Assembly: GCA_965209155.1 (NCBI GenBank)
Contig: OZ242383.1
Location: 3,584,001 to 3,648,000, forward strand
Origin: a bacterium
GTDB lineage: Bacteria > SAR324 > NAC60-12
Reading direction: 5' to 3'
Length of the DNA: 64,000 bases
Shown here: positions 60,901-64,000 of the stretch, piece by piece
How the letters are laid out: the number at the start of each line of letters is the position of its first letter
Numbering within the stretch: the stretch's first letter is position 1
Translations under genes and position numbers: made by a program
Notes under the pieces: model-generated
Seen by the model: only the letters and a program-made list of their open reading frames with translations
Databases searched by the model: none
What the model was told of the DNA's origin: nothing

Positions 60901-61617
60901 GAACCGGATATTGCCCAATCGATTGAATATCTCAGCACCAGATTCCAACAAGTGGCAGGAAGGGAAACTCTGACGCGGGAAGAACAAATCCGACAAGCAG
61001 CCTCCGACGTTGGCAGGTTACGAGACGAATTGGAAAATCTACGTCAACAAGTGGAGAACCTGCTCCAACGCGATGCCACTTCAGGTGAAAATCGTCCACC
61101 ACGATCCGGGCAGAGCGACCCGGAAGCTGAGCTTGCTCAGCAAGAACAAAGCGGGAATCAAGGACAACGAGGACAAAATCAGTCAATGCGGGTTGGAAAC
61201 GGTGAATTGGGTCGAAGGGGAGAGCGGGATGCCAGCATCAGCCAAATGCGAGAAAACCTGCAGCGTGCTCAATACTATGCTCGTGGTTTAATTGAACCCT
61301 GGACCCGGACAGAGAGCTGGGCTGTGGATGCTCGTTCCATCCAGCGGGAACTGACCCGGAAAGAAATCGAGGATTTCTTCACGCAACGCGACCTCTGGAA
61401 ACAACTCCTGGAACCCATCCGGGAACTCGAATCTCACTTGCAAGCTCTGGTAGAAATCGGTCAACTTAAAAATCGACTTTATTCGGTAGAAGAGGAGGAA
61501 ATACCCGCAATTTATGAAAACCTGGTTGAAGAATATTATCGCACCCTCTCGCAACCTCTTGAAGGAAGGATCAAAGTTTCCACCCAATCGATTGAAAACA
61601 GGAGTGGGAGCAGGTGA
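57928..61617 (+). CDS. Large membrane-anchored coiled-coil protein (DUF4175-like)
   Basis: N-terminal TMs, YP.YT, A.DDYG, long Q/E/R-rich helical region, P..Y...V.EYY. Confidence 0.75.
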   Translation: MYMSLSAIENLRVKIKNVRQRRKRVFLLWQYSLIMTGAATFFLIFGWLEMSFHFSRQGLIFLFFLWILGLVSTIAWNIVMVRRWDSDRQRLAQYVEDRLPDLEQRLLTSIELDQGAHPQKSDSGFQPGHPASRSGVSAQLVTRLWEDALAHVQHRKIEDIASFRKAWPVLGTACVISFFWIIMLFTSVDFFHASARILWPWHPAGMEKSTAVLKVTPGDLRMQKGNDLTIVATVENFIPQQVDLHLQSNRMSWDSTPMRPEDGEQTFIYFLSSLQEDFSYFVDIGEKRSRQYEISVFEMPRLEKLTVDYDYPDYTGMPSSMGKTEGDVIAPRGTRITLYATFNKPLSRATLQFNDGTMVELTSMENSTPAVQPGNLSRRGSFTVDKDATYTIKVLDQENLENVNPQEYFVQAIPDTPPRLTLLHPGKDRKVTSLEEVFLRASASDDYGLNNFSLHYSIAGREERKVSLLTEPQQKLDLSIEGETLIYLEDLLVKPGDFVSYFLSAADNNGLDGSHEVFSDIYFLEVISTEEEFRRAAPGPRGGTMGAEGMQGSQQESSALAENQKKIIAATWKLWQRQKTAETNKIAEDTQVVTDSQSEVLQRARMSLRRLRERFSFSDESYDSAVIHMEEAVEQMQSSWEKLDARKLKEALVPQQIALQAILKADALSKRTRIETTRNRGQGEGSRQQQERDDLRELFEMEMGRLENRYEMPGQNSVAPQQAGLTGDILERLRELAQRQEQVHQRQNDLLRRQNQITGNEMKRHLEELRREQESLLRQTEELSRSASRFTQQGIGGRRTNRENTNRMQQLDLASRQMREAARSLMREEPETAARQSRQALEKLREQEETMQNMQNRDSMSNLLDALNRKAWQLREQEDQIQKDLQQALRENTEDSQEESLVSAEKGASTQDESQSFVQDVLSGKKELEKDIRETEKLLRTVLARGNEKHPQVASRALDALRTLQRERLIDRIEYSRFLLENGRLDESEIMEPDIAQSIEYLSTRFQQVAGRETLTREEQIRQAASDVGRLRDELENLRQQVENLLQRDATSGENRPPRSGQSDPEAELAQQEQSGNQGQRGQNQSMRVGNGELGRRGERDASISQMRENLQRAQYYARGLIEPWTRTESWAVDARSIQRELTRKEIEDFFTQRDLWKQLLEPIRELESHLQALVEIGQLKNRLYSVEEEEIPAIYENLVEEYYRTLSQPLEGRIKVSTQSIENRSGSR

Positions 61618-63956
61618 TGACGGGAATCCTGGATTTTCTCACAGGCGATAAACTGGCTGCGCTGGCTGAAGGGAACTTTTCTTTCGGCATTCCCGTCGAT
61701 TTTCCACTTCTCATCGTCGGCACCGTCCTCGTACCGGTACTGGCTTGGACCCTATACTACCGCACCACTGTCGAGGTTTCCTTAGCGTTGAAAATCCTGC
61801 TTGTGGGATTGAGGTCCGGGATCCTCATCATTTTACTGCTATGCTTGCTGCAACCGGTATCGATTGTCTCGCGCGTCATTCCACAAGAAAGCTATTTAGC
61901 GGTCCTCCTCGACAATTCCAGGAGCATGAACATCCGGGATATGGAAGATCAACGATCACGCGCTGTTATGATGACCAACCATATTTTTGGTGGCAATGGA
62001 TTACTCTCCAGGCTCGAGGAGGAATTCCGGGTGCGTGTATTTGCTTTTGATGCGGATGCCTGGCAAATCGATACTGCGGAAGATCTCTCATTCGCAGGTT
62101 CGAAAACCGTCTTTTCTCAAAGCCTCGATGATGGAATGGAATCCTTGAAAGGACTACCGGTGTCGGGCTTGATTTTGATCAGTGATGGAGGAGACAACAG
62201 CGCTGCTGATTTGCTCCGCACGGCATCCACTTTCAAGTCTGCTGAAATACCGGTTTTTACGTTGGGAGTGGGGATGGAACGTCTTCCCAAAGACTTGGAA
62301 ATAGTCCGAATTCATGCTTCTGAAACCGTCATGGAAGGCTCCATTTTCGATGTGAATTTGTTGCTCCGTAACCAAGGATACGACGACCGTGAAATCGAGT
62401 TACAGGTCGAGGAAGGGAATCGAGTCGTACATTCTGAAAAGATCAAACTGGAAAACAGTGACAGGGTGATGCGTCACACCCTGCAGTTGACCGCGGAGCG
62501 GGAGGGAAATCTGGTTTATACGGTCCGTATTCCTCCAGAAGAAGATGAAATTGTTTCCGAAAACAATCAACGGATGTTCCTGGTAAGTAACACGAGGCGT
62601 CAGAGCGACATTCTATACGTGGAAGGACATCCACGTCACGAATATAAATTCATCCGGCGCGCCATCCAGGGTGATAAAGCCTTACGTTTGGTGACTTACC
62701 TGCAAACCGGTCCCCACAAATTTCTACGCCAGGGAATCAAATCGCCGGAAGAGTTGGATAAGGGGTACCCGGGCAGCATGGAAGAACTGTTCGAGTATGA
62801 AGCAGTGATTTTTGGAGATGTCCCCCGTGCTTTTTTCAGCGCGGAACAATTGAAAATAACAAAAGAATTCGTTTCCAAACGAGGCGGGGGGTTTCTCATG
62901 CTCGGGGGTTCCACCGGATTTGAGGAAAATTTCATGGACACGCCCATTGCCGAAATATTACCGGTTATTCAAATCCGTCAGCAATCTCTCCCGGAAAATT
63001 TGAGAGGGGACGGGCTCTCCGGGGATGTTCTCGAAGACCGGCCGACAGGAGATAAATATAACCTGCGCCTCACTGAGCAGGGTGAGGATTCGCCAATGAT
63101 GCGATTGGGATTGGAAGTGGAGCAGAATCGGCAATTGTGGGAAAAAATGCCGCAGCTGCAAGGCATCAACGTCACCAGGCGAGCCAAGTCCGGAGCCACC
63201 GTACTGGCAGTGCATCCGAACCTGAGATTCGAGGATACGCCTCTTCCGTTAATTGTCCACGAACGCTTTGGACGTGGGCGCACGATGGCCATCATGACCG
63301 CCAGCACCTGGCGCTGGCAAATGCTTCAACCCTCCAAAGATCTCTCCCATGAACGATTCTGGCGACAGGTACTGCGCTGGTTGACGGTGGATTCACCTCC
63401 ACGAATACGGATGATCCTGGACCGCGAAAGCTATAGTCCGGGTGAGCGAGTAGAAATTCAAATCCAGGTCTCTGATAAAACTTATACTTTCCTGGATGAT
63501 GCCACGGTCTGGCTGAAAATCAGCAAACCGGATGGGACGGTCGAGGACTTGCGATTGCCATGGAATATCGAGCAGGAAGGCGTCTACCGCGGATCATTCG
63601 AGGTTCTGCAGGAAGGAGTGTATCACCTGGAAGCTTCGGCAACAACTTCTTCTCCGCAAAATGAAGAAACCATTTTGACGAAACGTCCACTGAGTTTTTT
63701 AGTCGTCCCATCGGACCTGGAATTTTCAAACCCGGGCATGAATGCCGCCTTGCTCGAGCAAATCGCAGAAACGAGTGGAGGTCAATATTTCAAGTGGCAT
63801 GACCGGAACGAGCTCTTGGAAGCGATCCATCATACGCGGAAAAATTATACTGTTGAAATGGAAGAAGACCTCTGGGATATGCCCCTCGTATTGATTTTGC
63901 TCATTCTCTTCTTCACCATCGAATGGATCAGTCGACGCCGCAAGGGATTGTCGTGA
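61614..63956 (+). CDS. VWA plus glutamine-amidotransferase-like domain membrane protein
   Basis: LDNSRSM, ISDG, GGGFLMLGG, G.GR...TWRW, RFWRQ, EW..RRR.GL. Confidence 0.82.
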   Translation: MMTGILDFLTGDKLAALAEGNFSFGIPVDFPLLIVGTVLVPVLAWTLYYRTTVEVSLALKILLVGLRSGILIILLLCLLQPVSIVSRVIPQESYLAVLLDNSRSMNIRDMEDQRSRAVMMTNHIFGGNGLLSRLEEEFRVRVFAFDADAWQIDTAEDLSFAGSKTVFSQSLDDGMESLKGLPVSGLILISDGGDNSAADLLRTASTFKSAEIPVFTLGVGMERLPKDLEIVRIHASETVMEGSIFDVNLLLRNQGYDDREIELQVEEGNRVVHSEKIKLENSDRVMRHTLQLTAEREGNLVYTVRIPPEEDEIVSENNQRMFLVSNTRRQSDILYVEGHPRHEYKFIRRAIQGDKALRLVTYLQTGPHKFLRQGIKSPEELDKGYPGSMEELFEYEAVIFGDVPRAFFSAEQLKITKEFVSKRGGGFLMLGGSTGFEENFMDTPIAEILPVIQIRQQSLPENLRGDGLSGDVLEDRPTGDKYNLRLTEQGEDSPMMRLGLEVEQNRQLWEKMPQLQGINVTRRAKSGATVLAVHPNLRFEDTPLPLIVHERFGRGRTMAIMTASTWRWQMLQPSKDLSHERFWRQVLRWLTVDSPPRIRMILDRESYSPGERVEIQIQVSDKTYTFLDDATVWLKISKPDGTVEDLRLPWNIEQEGVYRGSFEVLQEGVYHLEASATTSSPQNEETILTKRPLSFLVVPSDLEFSNPGMNAALLEQIAETSGGQYFKWHDRNELLEAIHHTRKNYTVEMEEDLWDMPLVLILLILFFTIEWISRRRKGLS

Positions 63957-64000
63957 AACTCCGGATTTTCAAAGATACACCAGGTACTCACCCGGAACTG

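Overview
Bacterial chromosomal window; the gene set (MXAN_5808-like S41 protease, thrH, lsrF, HU) suggests a deltaproteobacteria-like organism, which is inference only. 1-13.4 kb is a defence-island-like block on the minus strand. It holds an IS256 remnant, a three-gene AT-rich graspetide (ATP-grasp RiPP) cassette whose third gene is a small membrane protein, a 5' group II intron remnant, and a DUF499 BREX-related/RM-like operon (SNF2 helicase-DUF3883 nuclease, DUF1156 methyltransferase, inserted MNT-HEPN pair, HEPN-fused DUF499 ATPase). The operon starts 34 nt after a degenerate duplicate of tRNA-Ile2(CAT). 13.4-17.7 kb lies between and around the two tRNA copies and is packed with non-coding elements: a MITE-like unit, a promoter-headed 4 x ~273 bp palindrome array, a structured leader, and a ~565 bp non-autonomous element with IS200/IS605-like end hairpins carrying a four-helix-bundle gene (second copy at 49.7-50.3 kb; neither gene is in the ORF track). 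The rest is mostly housekeeping and metabolic: S9 peptidase, murF, bactofilin, thrH, S41 protease, HU, lsrF, an Att-like ABC system, MFS, rbsK, acetolactate synthase, a reciprocally eroded tandem duplication of a peptide ABC locus, an oxidoreductase, an ASPIC/UnbV protein, HAD, CoA-transferase, two MoxR/VWA systems and a haloalkane dehalogenase. Many intergenic gaps carry GTCATTCC-N-GGAATCC palindromic (REP-like) repeats. All calls come from motif recognition by eye; no database search was run.
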